Positions 9,194-18,282 of a stretch of 64,000 nucleotides of DNA are shown piece by piece (positions within the stretch are counted from its first letter, which is position 1; each line of letters starts with the position of its first letter). The notes under the pieces are model-generated. The model did no database searches. It saw only the letters and a list, made by a program, of their open reading frames with translations, and was not told the origin of the DNA. Where the stretch lies: contig CAVUHO010000003.1 in assembly GCA_963741385.1 (NCBI GenBank), forward strand, positions 257,129 through 321,128. Direction: 5' to 3'. The translations under genes and the position numbers were made by a program. This DNA comes from Candidatus Sulfomarinibacteraceae bacterium (GTDB lineage: Bacteria > Acidobacteriota > Thermoanaerobaculia > Thermoanaerobaculales > Sulfomarinibacteraceae).

Positions 9194-12100
9194 CTATTCG
9201 TCGATTTCAGCCAGCAGGACCTCCACCGCTTTCTCGAGCTGCTGATCCTGCCCAATGGCCTCGAGGGCCGGATCGTTGTCGACCACGTAATCGGGGTCGA
9301 GGTGCTTGTTCTCCATCAGATCGCCCTCGTTATCGAGGTAACCCACCATGGGGATACCGAAGTTCATGCTGCTGTCCTGCATGGTCTCCCACCACACCGA
9401 GGTACAGGTGCCCGGCACCTGCATGCCCACCGTCTTGCCGATGCCGAGCGAGGTGTAGGCCGCCGGGAAGCAGTGGGCGTCAGAGTAGTTGCCCTCGTTC
9501 ATGACGACGATCGAGGGTCTGGTCCAGCGGTGGACCGGCTCGACGCCGAGGTATTGGCCCCGCGGCACCGCCCGCGCATAGATCTCGCCGGTCAACAGGA
9601 TTGTCAGCGCCTCGACCAGGTTGCCGCCGTTGTTGAAACGGGTGTCGAGGACGATGCCCTCCTTGTCGACCGCCTTGCCGAAGATATCCTCGAAGATCTC
9701 GCGGTAGCGCGAGTCGCTCATGGAGCGGATGTGCGCATACCCGAGCCGTCCACCCGACAGACGGTCGACCTCGGCGCGGCGCCCCCGCACCCAACGCTGG
9801 TAGAGGAGTTCGGACTCGTCCCTCTGTGAAATCGGCTTGGCCGTTTCCTGCCAGGTGCTGCCGGTGTCGGGGTCGGACAACGAAAGCCGGATGAGATCGC
9901 CGGCCTTGCGGTTGAAGAGCGGGTACCAGTTCTCGCCGGTGGCGATCTCATGGCCGTTGACGGCTTTGATGACGGTGCCGACCTTGACCTTGGTGTCGGC
10001 GTTCTCGAGCGGTCCGCCGTCGATGATCTCGCCGATCTTGACGCCGGGGCCGTCGTACACGGGGTCGGGGAAGAACGCCAGGGTGGCGGTGGCGTCGGCC
10101 GCGGGGTCGCGCGGCCGATAGTAGCAGCCGAGGTGGGAAGCGTTGAGCTCGCCCTGGAGCTCGGACACCAGCTCGCAGAAGTCGCGGTCGTTGTCGATCG
10201 ACGGCAGGAAGCGCACATAGGCCTCTTTGTAGAGATCCCAGTTCACGCCACCCATGTCGACGGCGTAGAACTTCTCCCGGGTCTGGCGCCAGGCGTGCTC
10301 GAAGAGGTACTCGCGTTCGGCGGCTGCGTCGAGGTCCATCGTGGCCTCGAGCGGCACCGGTTTGACCTTGCCGCCGTCGATCTCCACCGACATCAGCTTG
10401 CCGTCGGCGAGGAGGAAGCCCTTCTCGCCGTCCTCGTCGAGCACCAGCCCGTCGGCGTCGTCAGCGTCGAGCTTGGCCAGCAGTTTGACCTCCTTTTTGC
10501 GCGGCTCGTACACCCACAGGTCGTAGCCCTTCTCGAATTCGGCCAGGTAGAGGATCTTCTCGCCGTCGGGGGTGATCTGCGCGTCGGCGAGGCGCGCCGA
10601 GTGCAGGGTCAGGCGGACGGTGCGGTCCTCGGTTCCGTCGAGCTGAAACACCACCGGATCGGGCAGCTTGATCTCGTCGCCCTTCTTCTTTTTGGCATCG
10701 TCGTTCGCGCCCTTTTTCTTGTCGTCACCCTCGTCCTCTTTCGTGTCTCCGTCCTTTTTCTCGTCCTTCTCCTTTGCCTTGAGCTGCTCGAACTCGGCTT
10801 CGGAGAGGTGGAAGCGGTCCCACGCCTCCTGGGTGAGGAAGGCGGCGTAGACGTCGAACTTGGACGGCCATCCCGACTGCTGGCGCTCGCCGTGGCGGTC
10901 GGTGAACCAGAAAACCGCCTCGCCCTTGAAGGCCCACCGTGGCACCGCGTCCTCGTAGCCGCTCTTGGTGAGATTGATCAGCTCGCCGTCGCCGGACGAC
11001 GCGATCAGCCCGACCTCGGACGACCACCGGCTGGGACTCAGGTACTCGACCAGAAACCACTGGCCGTCGGGCGACCACTGGTACCACTGGTCGCCGTCGC
11101 TGTACGAGTAGTTGAAGCTGCCGGGCAGGATGACGCGGCTTTCGTTCGAGGCGAGGTTGAGGACCTTGAGCGTCGTCCGCTCCTCGAGGTAGGCGACCTC
11201 CTTGCCGTCGGGAGAAAAGTGGGGTTGGAACGTCTCGAGGTCGGTCACCACCACCGGTTTCTCGACGAACGCCGTGGCGTTGAAGAAGTCCGGTTCCCCG
11301 TCGTCGGTGAGGTTGGTGCGGTAGATGTTCCAGCTGCCGCCCCGTTCCGAGGCGTAGATCAGGCTTCGCCCGTCGGGGTGGAAGCTCACCGACCGTTCCT
11401 GCTCGGGGGTGTTGGTGATGCGGCGGGTGTCGCCGTGCTTCGTGGAGGTGACAAAGATCTCACCGCGCGCGACAAAGGCGATCTCGCTGCCGTCGGGAGA
11501 AAGGTCGAAATCGGTAATGTTTTTTTCCACGTCGGTGAGCTCGACCTCGTTGAACCGGCTGTCGGCGGCGATGGTGACTGGAAGCCGTCGGCTCTCCGTT
11601 GCACCGATCGGGCGGACCCAGATGGCGCCATCATAGCCGTAGGACAGGTCGCCGTTTTTCGAGATGCTGAGAAACCGCACCGGGTGGGTGTCGTGGTGCG
11701 TGATCTGGACCGGCTGCGCACCTTCACCGAGATCGAGGGCCCAGACGTTGAAGCTGCCGCTGCGTTCCGACAGGTAGTAGATGGACTGTTCGCCGGGCGC
11801 CCACACCGGCTGGCGGTCGTCGGCGCCGAACGCAGTGAGCCTGGTGTGCTGCCCGGTGGTGGCGTTGTAGACCCACACGTCGCGCGCGAACGACGAGGTG
11901 TCATGTTTGCGCCACTCAGTCTCGAGCCCCTTCTCGTCGGAGTAGATCATCATCGTTCCTGAGGCGTTCCACACCGCGTAGATGGCTGGGGTGGTGAGCA
12001 CCTGCTTCGGCATCCCGCCGCCGAGCGCCACCGAGTAGAGCTCGGGCTGGGACCCGCGCCGCGGGTAGCCGACCATGGCTTGTGCGTCGAGTCTGCCGGA

Positions 12101-12493
12101 CGAAAACAGCACGTGCTCGCCGTCAGGGGTGAAGCTCGCGGGGTAGTCGTCCGCCGAGTGAAAGGTGAGCCGTGTCGCGGTGCCGCCGCGGGCGGGCATG
12201 ACAAAGATGTCGTAGTCGCCGTGGCGGTCGGACGCAAAGGCGATCTTCGACCCGTCCGGTGACCACACCGGCATGAAGTCGTGGGCCTCGTGGACCGTCA
12301 GTTGGATCGCCTGGCCGCCGCTCGACGGCACCCGCCACAGATCGCCTCGATAGCTGAAGACCACAGTCTGACCGTCGGGCGAGATCGACGGGTAGCGCAG
12401 CCACTGGGCGGGATCGTCCGCAGACGCAGTCCCCACCGCCGCCAGAATTGAACACAGAGCGACCGCACCAAACACCAGGTTTCGAACACGCAT
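9194..12493 (-). CDS. tricorn protease homolog (S41 peptidase with PD40 propellers and PDZ), secreted
   Basis: Signal peptide MRVRNLVFGAVALCSILAAVGTASA; repeated SPDG/WSPDG units; DTRFNNGGN, YSDAH (catalytic Ser), GKTVG. Confidence 0.92.
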   Translation of the reverse strand: MRVRNLVFGAVALCSILAAVGTASADDPAQWLRYPSISPDGQTVVFSYRGDLWRVPSSGGQAIQLTVHEAHDFMPVWSPDGSKIAFASDRHGDYDIFVMPARGGTATRLTFHSADDYPASFTPDGEHVLFSSGRLDAQAMVGYPRRGSQPELYSVALGGGMPKQVLTTPAIYAVWNASGTMMIYSDEKGLETEWRKHDTSSFARDVWVYNATTGQHTRLTAFGADDRQPVWAPGEQSIYYLSERSGSFNVWALDLGEGAQPVQITHHDTHPVRFLSISKNGDLSYGYDGAIWVRPIGATESRRLPVTIAADSRFNEVELTDVEKNITDFDLSPDGSEIAFVARGEIFVTSTKHGDTRRITNTPEQERSVSFHPDGRSLIYASERGGSWNIYRTNLTDDGEPDFFNATAFVEKPVVVTDLETFQPHFSPDGKEVAYLEERTTLKVLNLASNESRVILPGSFNYSYSDGDQWYQWSPDGQWFLVEYLSPSRWSSEVGLIASSGDGELINLTKSGYEDAVPRWAFKGEAVFWFTDRHGERQQSGWPSKFDVYAAFLTQEAWDRFHLSEAEFEQLKAKEKDEKKDGDTKEDEGDDKKKGANDDAKKKKGDEIKLPDPVVFQLDGTEDRTVRLTLHSARLADAQITPDGEKILYLAEFEKGYDLWVYEPRKKEVKLLAKLDADDADGLVLDEDGEKGFLLADGKLMSVEIDGGKVKPVPLEATMDLDAAAEREYLFEHAWRQTREKFYAVDMGGVNWDLYKEAYVRFLPSIDNDRDFCELVSELQGELNASHLGCYYRPRDPAADATATLAFFPDPVYDGPGVKIGEIIDGGPLENADTKVKVGTVIKAVNGHEIATGENWYPLFNRKAGDLIRLSLSDPDTGSTWQETAKPISQRDESELLYQRWVRGRRAEVDRLSGGRLGYAHIRSMSDSRYREIFEDIFGKAVDKEGIVLDTRFNNGGNLVEALTILLTGEIYARAVPRGQYLGVEPVHRWTRPSIVVMNEGNYSDAHCFPAAYTSLGIGKTVGMQVPGTCTSVWWETMQDSSMNFGIPMVGYLDNEGDLMENKHLDPDYVVDNDPALEAIGQDQQLEKAVEVLLAEIDE

Positions 12494-12617
12494 GAATCTT
12501 CCCCCTCCATCCAAGAGTGAAGCGTCGTTCTGAGACGGCGCTTCTCCAGTGTACGAAAGTGGGGGCGGGGGAGTTCTGCGTTTCGTGAGAGGTGTTTCGC
12601 TCATCCGGCGTCCCGCG

Positions 12618-12785
12618 GGGATCGGATCTTGGATATTGATTTCTGATATTGGATCCGTCCACCCATTCGGCAGCCGGGACGGCTGCCCCACAACCGTCTG
12701 TCAGCATCTTGTGGGGCACGCGTCTCGCGTGCCGGGCGGGTGGATGGATCGAGCACCGAGTATCGCGCATCCAGTATCATCCTCT
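12618..12785. repeat. composite intergenic repeat: degenerate 7-mers, CCACCC core and inverted REP pair
   Basis: GGCAGCCGGGACGGCTGCCCCACAA (12669-12693) faces TTGTGGGGCACGCGTCTCGCGTGCC (12709-12733), flanked by CCACCC/GGGTGG and degenerate 7-nt periodic tracts. Confidence 0.7.
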
Positions 12786-12787
12786 GC

Positions 12788-13162
12788 ATGCCACGCATCT
12801 CGCGGTTCTCCGAGTTCGACCTCACCGAACAGCGATCGCGTTTCTACGCCGCTGCCGTGCCGGCAGGAACGCTCGACGATGTCAAGGAGGCGCTCGCTGA
12901 ACGCAAGAAGAAGTACCACAAGGCGCGCCACCACTGCTGGGCGTGCCGGGTGCGGGACGAAAACGGGCAGGTGGTGGAGCAGGCGCGGGACGACGGCGAG
13001 GTCGGCCGACCGGGGATGAAGATGCTCGAGCTGCTTCGCCACCACGACCTCGAGGGCCTGCTGGTGGTGTCGCGGATCTTCGGCGGCGTCAAGCTCGGCC
13101 CGGGAGGCGTGGGTCGTGCCTTTCGCGATGCCGCCGAGGGTGCACTGCGAGGCCTCTCGTAG
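12788..13162 (+). CDS. yigZ: YigZ/IMPACT family protein (N-terminal domain only)
   Basis: SRFYA, ARHHCWA, DDGE..RPG, VVSRIFGGVKLGPGG. Confidence 0.85.
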   Translation: MPRISRFSEFDLTEQRSRFYAAAVPAGTLDDVKEALAERKKKYHKARHHCWACRVRDENGQVVEQARDDGEVGRPGMKMLELLRHHDLEGLLVVSRIFGGVKLGPGGVGRAFRDAAEGALRGLS

Positions 13163-13221
13163 GGCGTCCGCGAGGCGGTCATTCCGCAATCCGAAATCCG
13201 AATTCTGGATGGGTGGGCTGG

Positions 13222-13323
13222 GTCCAATCTCTCCATGTGCCACGGTTTTTTTCCCGCGGTGTATGGGAGTTGGCCTGAATTGTGGGCGTGGAGTCTTGTC
13301 GTGAGGTTGCTGGTGGAGCCGAA
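13222..13323 (-). pseudogene. GIY-YIG endonuclease fragment
   Basis: FGSTSNLTTRLHAHNSGQLPYTAGKKPWHMERL matches the GIY-YIG core pattern G-x-T-x-N-L-x-x-R-L-x-x-H-N-x-G...YT...PW; no intact start or C-terminus. Confidence 0.6.
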
Positions 13324-13479
13324 GGCGTCGACACTGCGGGACAGCGGCGCAATGTGAACGCGGTCGGGTCGCAGAGCGAGCCGGCCTGCGGTCACGCGGC
13401 GACGGTCCGTAGACCGATTCCCTTCGGCTGAGCCAGAGACGAGAAAAGCCGCCCGTAAGGGCGGCGAATTCGAAGTCTC
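13311..13479 (-). repeat. 169-bp tRNA-Ala-3'-end-tagged unit (third copy)
   Basis: Same unit as 20191-20359 and 20360-20528; contains terminator hairpin 13448-13465. Confidence 0.95.
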
Positions 13480-13505
13480 TGGTGGAGCCGCGAAGAATTC
13501 GAACC
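13480..13505 (-). other. att-like displaced tRNA-Ala 3' end (T-arm mimic plus CGGCTCCACCA)
   Basis: Minus strand GGTTCGAATTCTTCGCGGCTCCACCA versus tRNA GGGTTCGATCCCCTTCGGCTCCACCA. Confidence 0.7.
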
Positions 13506-13697
13506 ACAGCGTTCATCCCAATCGAAGTGCCGATCCTCGAGACCAGGATGCCGCCGATTTATCAGCGAATTGCCGTGAAGGCGAATCTACTCCATGAGCT
13601 TGGGTTGAGTCAGTCAGAGATTGGGCGCCGGTTGGGGGTTGATCGTTGGGCTGTCGGAAAGGCCCTTCGGTGGCTCGCAAAACAAAAGACAGGTTGA
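13482..13697 (+). CDS. small helix-turn-helix protein starting inside the att-like site
   Basis: LHELGLSQSEIGRRLGVDRWAVGKAL is an HTH pattern; start codon uncertain. Confidence 0.5.
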   Translation: MEPRRIRTTAFIPIEVPILETRMPPIYQRIAVKANLLHELGLSQSEIGRRLGVDRWAVGKALRWLAKQKTG

Positions 13698-13699
13698 AC

Positions 13700-14533
13700 T
13701 TACTCTTTCCCGTCGAGCTTTACTCCACCTTTCCAGGGTTCGCCAGGCAAGCGTGACACCAGGCTTTCGAGAACTGCATCCATGGCTGTGTCGCAATCCC
13801 AGGACAAGCCTGGGCGTAGGAGCGGCCGCACGTCATCGCGGAATTCGGGCTGTTGACGTTTTTTGGCCAGATTTTCTTCCAACTGCGCTCGGCTGACTCT
13901 GTGTCCGTCTTCGGCCATGTACCGGTCGAAGCAGGCGAGAAGTGTTGCTGGGTCGCAGCGCGCAGTGTCCAGCGCGTACCAGACATCGAAGAGGTCTCGG
14001 CCCTTCCTCCTCTGGTACAGCGCCCGCAGCTTGGTACAAAGCAGCTCGTTGATAGAGTAGGTCGCAACGTTTGCCACACCGCTGAACCAGGGGTTCGTCA
14101 CCTCGAACGGCACCTTTTTCACGCCCGATCCGGTGAAATGTTCGCGGGTGTTGATCTCGATCTTCAGCCGAAGCGTGAGCGGTGGAACATCCTCGGACTC
14201 GAATCGATACACGAGGGTGACGCGGCCCTCTTTGAGAGTGCGGCGGGGCTTCCCGAGCCATGGATCCAAGATGGCACGCGCCCGATCGAGGGTCTCGCCG
14301 ATTGACTCGGCCCTCTCCTGAACCAGATCGATGTCCTCGGAATATCGAGCCGGAGGTGTGAGGTAGATCTTGTACAAAGCGGTCCCGCCACGAAACGCCA
14401 GGCTATCCGCCAATTGGGTATCGGAAAAGAGGTTGACGATCGCGCGGCTTATCACCAGATCTTGCTCGACCTGAGCGTCGAGCGGCCACGGCGCTTGAGC
14501 TCTCCATGCGGTGATGTAGTCCTTGGGGATCAT
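13700..14533 (-). CDS. abiEii: AbiEii/AbiGii nucleotidyltransferase toxin (type IV TA)
   Basis: LAFRGGTALYK...RYSEDIDL, KIEIN, KLRALYQRRKGRDLFD; ATGA-coupled to the upstream antitoxin. Confidence 0.9.
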   Translation of the reverse strand: MIPKDYITAWRAQAPWPLDAQVEQDLVISRAIVNLFSDTQLADSLAFRGGTALYKIYLTPPARYSEDIDLVQERAESIGETLDRARAILDPWLGKPRRTLKEGRVTLVYRFESEDVPPLTLRLKIEINTREHFTGSGVKKVPFEVTNPWFSGVANVATYSINELLCTKLRALYQRRKGRDLFDVWYALDTARCDPATLLACFDRYMAEDGHRVSRAQLEENLAKKRQQPEFRDDVRPLLRPGLSWDCDTAMDAVLESLVSRLPGEPWKGGVKLDGKE

Positions 14534-15312
14534 TCGTCCGGCTCCACTTCGACGTTGACGATGATCTTCCAGCGAGGGTTCCTGACTCCACCGGCGATTG
14601 GCGCAGCGCGCCGCAGCGGGGTATAGCTCCGGGCATTCTCAAGCACGAAAGGCCTGAGAATTTGAGCGACATCTTCTCGCCTGACCAGCTCCAAGAGATA
14701 TCCCAAACGCTGTGACCAACTCACGGGACAGAGACGAGCGGTTTCGAGCAGTCCTTCAGCCACCATCTCCTCGGAGAGCTCAGACAGGACTGTGGCGACG
14801 TTGTCGAGACCACCAGCACGATTGGGGTAGCCGACCAGCTCGAGCGCCGTTCCTTCCGGGGTCGAATACCGCAGCACCCCGCGCGGCGTGTTGAGCCTGG
14901 TGACCGGCATTCTTTCGATGTCGCCACGGGCGATGAACTCGACTCTCACCTGCCCACAGGTGATGGCCTGACGGTTTTTGCGTACCATCACCTGGGTTGC
15001 CTGAGGTCGTTGATGCGCGGCGCCGTGCCTTTCGGCCGCACTCAACAGACAGAGGTAATAGGGCTCATCCCAGAATTGCATCAGATGGTCGACAAATTGC
15101 TCCGCCGGCAGGCAACCCAGGCGTTTGTACTCGGGCGGAACGATGACATGAAAGCTGCGCACGGGCTGCGCGATCAGTCCTTGCCGCTTCAGTCGGAGCA
15201 ACTGGGCACGCACTGCCGGAGGATTACCCTCGACAGCTTTGACAGCGTCCGCCGTTGTGAAGTGGTAGCGCCCATTCGATGCCAACTCCCGTATGTACTC
15301 ACTCGCTCGCAT
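14530..15312 (-). CDS. abiEi: AbiEi-family antitoxin (type IV TA)
   Basis: N-terminal wHTH (GRYHFTT), YYLCLLSAAERHGAAHQRPQ, STPEGTALELV; RBS AGGAG. Confidence 0.85.
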   Translation of the reverse strand: MRASEYIRELASNGRYHFTTADAVKAVEGNPPAVRAQLLRLKRQGLIAQPVRSFHVIVPPEYKRLGCLPAEQFVDHLMQFWDEPYYLCLLSAAERHGAAHQRPQATQVMVRKNRQAITCGQVRVEFIARGDIERMPVTRLNTPRGVLRYSTPEGTALELVGYPNRAGGLDNVATVLSELSEEMVAEGLLETARLCPVSWSQRLGYLLELVRREDVAQILRPFVLENARSYTPLRRAAPIAGGVRNPRWKIIVNVEVEPDE

Positions 15313-15356
15313 AACGTTACGATTCTCCTATAAAGTAATGTCAATCATCGTATCAA

Positions 15357-15392
15357 AGAAGAAACGTCCTGTTCTTTTGTTACGTTTCTTCT
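15357..15392. promoter_or_regulatory. 11-bp perfect inverted repeat upstream of abiEi, candidate autoregulatory operator
   Basis: AGAAGAAACGT-N14-ACGTTTCTTCT in an AT-rich patch 45-80 bp upstream of the abiEi start. Confidence 0.5.
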
Positions 15393-15656
15393 CCAAAATA
15401 ATATTTTTTGTGATATTTTGCAAGAATTGTATTTCTGAAGAGTCTGTTCAGGGGAAAGGAGGTTCTTTTCGGGCGCCTTCCGTTTCACCGTGCCGGGTCC
15501 CGAGGATGATCCGTTCAGCCGCGTCGAATTCTGCCCGAGAAATGACATTTGAAACAAACAAAATGTGTCTTTGCACGACGGTCGCCTTGACTGTAGGGGC
15601 CGTTCGGGTCACGCTGAGGCAGCCCGTCCACGCTGCAGGAGACGTCGGGCGTCACT

Positions 15657-16670
15657 GTGGCTCAAAGCTGCGCGGCCCGCTACCGGGCCCGGAATCCGCG
15701 TGCGACTCCCCTTTACCGGCTCTTCGAGACCCACTTCGACGAGGTGAGGGGGCAGTGGGAGGAGCGCTTCGAGCGGCGGTGCGGATTCTGGCGCGGCTTC
15801 GTCGACGAGGGGATGCGGCCGGGGATGGTCGCCGTGGTCCAGACCGCGGGCGACCTGGCCAATTGGCACCCACATGTGCACGCGATCGTGTCGCGCGGCG
15901 GCTGGATGCAGGATGGTGAGTGGATCCCGATCGCCTTCGTCGATGAGCACTCAGCGGAGCTGCTCTACCGGCACAAGGTGATGCGCCTGCTGCAGGATGA
16001 GGGGTTGCTCTCAGACGAGCGGACCGAGCTCCTACTGTCGTGGCGACACACCGGGTTTTCGGTGCACAACCGGGTTCGGGTGGAGCCCGAGGATCAGCCG
16101 GCGCAATTCGTCCGACGAATTGCAGCGTACTCCAACGTGTCGAGGGGCAAGCGCCGGAAGGCTGAGGCTGAGAATGGGGGGGTTGGGGGTGCGGGCGCCG
16201 GCCCGGCCTCCCGTGCGGCTCGTGCCGAGGCCCGCAACGCCCGCGCGCTCAGGCGAAGCTGGGCACAGCTGATCAAGCGGATCTACGAGGTCGACCCGCT
16301 GGTGTGCCCGTCCTGCGGTTCAGAGATGAAGGTGATCGCGTTCATCACCGAGCACGACGTGGTCGACGCGATCCTGAGGCATCTCGCGAAGACGGAAACG
16401 CGGTCTCCCCGCGGCCCGCCAGGCGCGGCGACCCTCCCCGCCACCCCCTGACTCCATCTCGGCTGCGGCCGTCCGTGCGGGGTGCGTCTATGGAGGCGGC
16501 GGCCGCACGGGGGGCCGAGGTTCGTAGCGTGTTGTCCCGGGACACGCTCTCCCTAACCCCGGGATCTGCCGTATCGGAGGCCGCTCGGGGCATGCGAGCC
16601 CATCTTGGGCCCCGAATAAGCGCCTCAGCCCCGTGCTAGGCTGGCGCTGAACGAAAGGAAATTCCTATCC
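15657..16670 (+). mobile_element. IS91-family (HUH/Y2) element, internally deleted transposase 15657-16451 plus oriIS-like end
   Basis: YRARNPRATPLYRL start, WHPHVHAIVSRGG (HUH), SWAQLIKRIYEVDPLVCPSCGSEMKVIAFI end. The Zn-finger block and the Y2 catalytic block are missing. AAATTCCTAT at 16659-16668 matches the IS91 oriIS motif. Confidence 0.8.
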
Positions 16671-16825
16671 CTCAGCTCGACCGCGTGCTCGATCGCAGCC
16701 ACCTGATGCCCCCCGGCGTGGTCGAGTCCTTGCTGCAGGGAATGAAGGCCGGCGACGACGTTTGATCTGCCGGCCTTTGAACGGGTGAGGTGAACAAACC
16801 AGTGAGTAACTCAAAGAAGACCGTC

Positions 16826-18253
16826 ATGAAAATGACCACCAGGATTCCGCCGGAGATCACCACGCCGGATTCGGTCGAGACCAGTCTCGGCACCTTGAAG
16901 TTCTTCGATGGCCTGCCGGACCAGGACACCGTCCAGAAGGTTTATGACAACCTTGACCGCATGCGTGGCGTCGAGGTGTTCCTGAACACGATGGCGCCGG
17001 CTTCCCTCCTCGCTAACATCGAGGGGCTGAAGAGCGTGGGCTGTGACAGTTACTCCGCTGTCATCCATGAAGACCGTGTGGATGCCAAGACGCTGTTGCT
17101 GACGCCGAATACGCAGACGGCCACCCTCTGGGCGTTCATGGACTTGAAGGACGGGCCGCTGGTGGTTGAGGTCCCGCCCGGCGTACTCGGTGTGGCCGAT
17201 GATGCGTGGATGCGATACGTCGTCGACCTGGGCTTGGTCGGCCCCGACAAGGGCAAGGGCGGCAGGTATCTCTTCTTGCCTCCGGGCTATACCGGTCCGG
17301 TGCCGGAAGGCTACTTTGTGGCGAAACTGCGCACCTATAAGGTCTGGCTTGTTGCCCGAGGATTTTCGGACAAAGGTGACACCGGCCCGGCTGTAAGAGC
17401 CTTCAAGGACCAATGGAAAGTCTATCCCTTGGCGGCGGCGGCCAATCCGCCGAAGATGAAGTTCATCAACGGTTCCGGCCTCTATTTCAACACCATCCAC
17501 GCGGTGAACTTCGCATTCTACGAAGAGGTCAACAAGGTTATTCAGGAAGAGCCGGCGGATTCAGCCGACCCTGAGATTCTCGGTCAGCTTGCCGCCATCG
17601 GCATCGTGAAAGGCAAGCCTTTCGCACCCGACGCGCGGATTAAGAAGATCCTTACCGACGCAGCGGCCATTGGCAACGCCACGGCGCGTGCCCTGTCGTT
17701 CAAATCTCGTGATGAGCAGATGTATTTTTACCCAGGCAAGTCCTGGTTCACGCCATTCGTCGGTGGCAGCCACGAGTTCATTCAGAACAACGTCCGCCTG
17801 CTCGACGCGCGAACCGTGTTCTTCTACATGGCCACGGGTATCACCCCAGCCATGAGTGTGAAAATCATCGGCGCTGGGTCGCAATACGCGGGGGCCACGT
17901 TCGACGCTGATGGCAATTACCTGGACGGCGGGAATAACTACCGGCTGCAACTGCCACCCAATGTCCCCATCAACAACTTCTGGTCGATCATTCCCTACGA
18001 CACGCAGACCCGCTCGGTCCTGCAGACCGACCAGCGCGACACCGCCCTGACCAGCAACTCGGGCACGGTGGCATCCAACCCCGATGGCTCGGTGGACATC
18101 TACTTCGGACCGAATGCGCCAGCGGGCAAGGAAAGCAACTGGGTGCAGACGACCCCTGGCAAGGGCTGGTTCACCATCCTGCGCCTCTACGGCGCGCTCG
18201 AACCTTGGTTCGACAAGACCTGGCGGCCGGGCGAGATCGAACTGGTGAAGTGA
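16826..18253 (+). CDS. DUF1254/DUF1214 domain protein (copy A)
   Basis: LLLTPNTQT, DLKDGPLVVEVPPG, GPDKGKGGRYLFLPPGY, NNFWSIIPYD, DGSVDIYFGP, LRLYG; no signal peptide. Confidence 0.9.
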   Translation: MKMTTRIPPEITTPDSVETSLGTLKFFDGLPDQDTVQKVYDNLDRMRGVEVFLNTMAPASLLANIEGLKSVGCDSYSAVIHEDRVDAKTLLLTPNTQTATLWAFMDLKDGPLVVEVPPGVLGVADDAWMRYVVDLGLVGPDKGKGGRYLFLPPGYTGPVPEGYFVAKLRTYKVWLVARGFSDKGDTGPAVRAFKDQWKVYPLAAAANPPKMKFINGSGLYFNTIHAVNFAFYEEVNKVIQEEPADSADPEILGQLAAIGIVKGKPFAPDARIKKILTDAAAIGNATARALSFKSRDEQMYFYPGKSWFTPFVGGSHEFIQNNVRLLDARTVFFYMATGITPAMSVKIIGAGSQYAGATFDADGNYLDGGNNYRLQLPPNVPINNFWSIIPYDTQTRSVLQTDQRDTALTSNSGTVASNPDGSVDIYFGPNAPAGKESNWVQTTPGKGWFTILRLYGALEPWFDKTWRPGEIELVK

Positions 18254-18282
18254 GCAAACCAATTGGTAGCTCAAAGGAGACC

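Larger units (their letters stand above)
13082..13490 (+). repeat. direct repeat copy 1 (~410 bp)
   Basis: Near-identical to 19956-20370, differing by a few SNPs, a 7-bp indel and a 1-bp indel. Confidence 0.95.

Noticed and set aside
6758-11962. long antisense ORFs (e.g. 6758-8935, 9950-11962; likewise 34773-36320, 53071-54750, 59917-61470)
   Set aside because: They are shadows of well-supported genes on the opposite strand in high-GC DNA, with no motifs of their own.
13480-13560. second tRNA-Ala gene
   Set aside because: Only a T-arm mimic and 3' acceptor strand are present; no D or anticodon arm upstream.
15314-15344. TTGACA...TAACGT as the abiEi promoter
   Set aside because: The -10 would end 2 nt before the ATG and downstream of the RBS, with a 19-bp spacer; geometry implausible.
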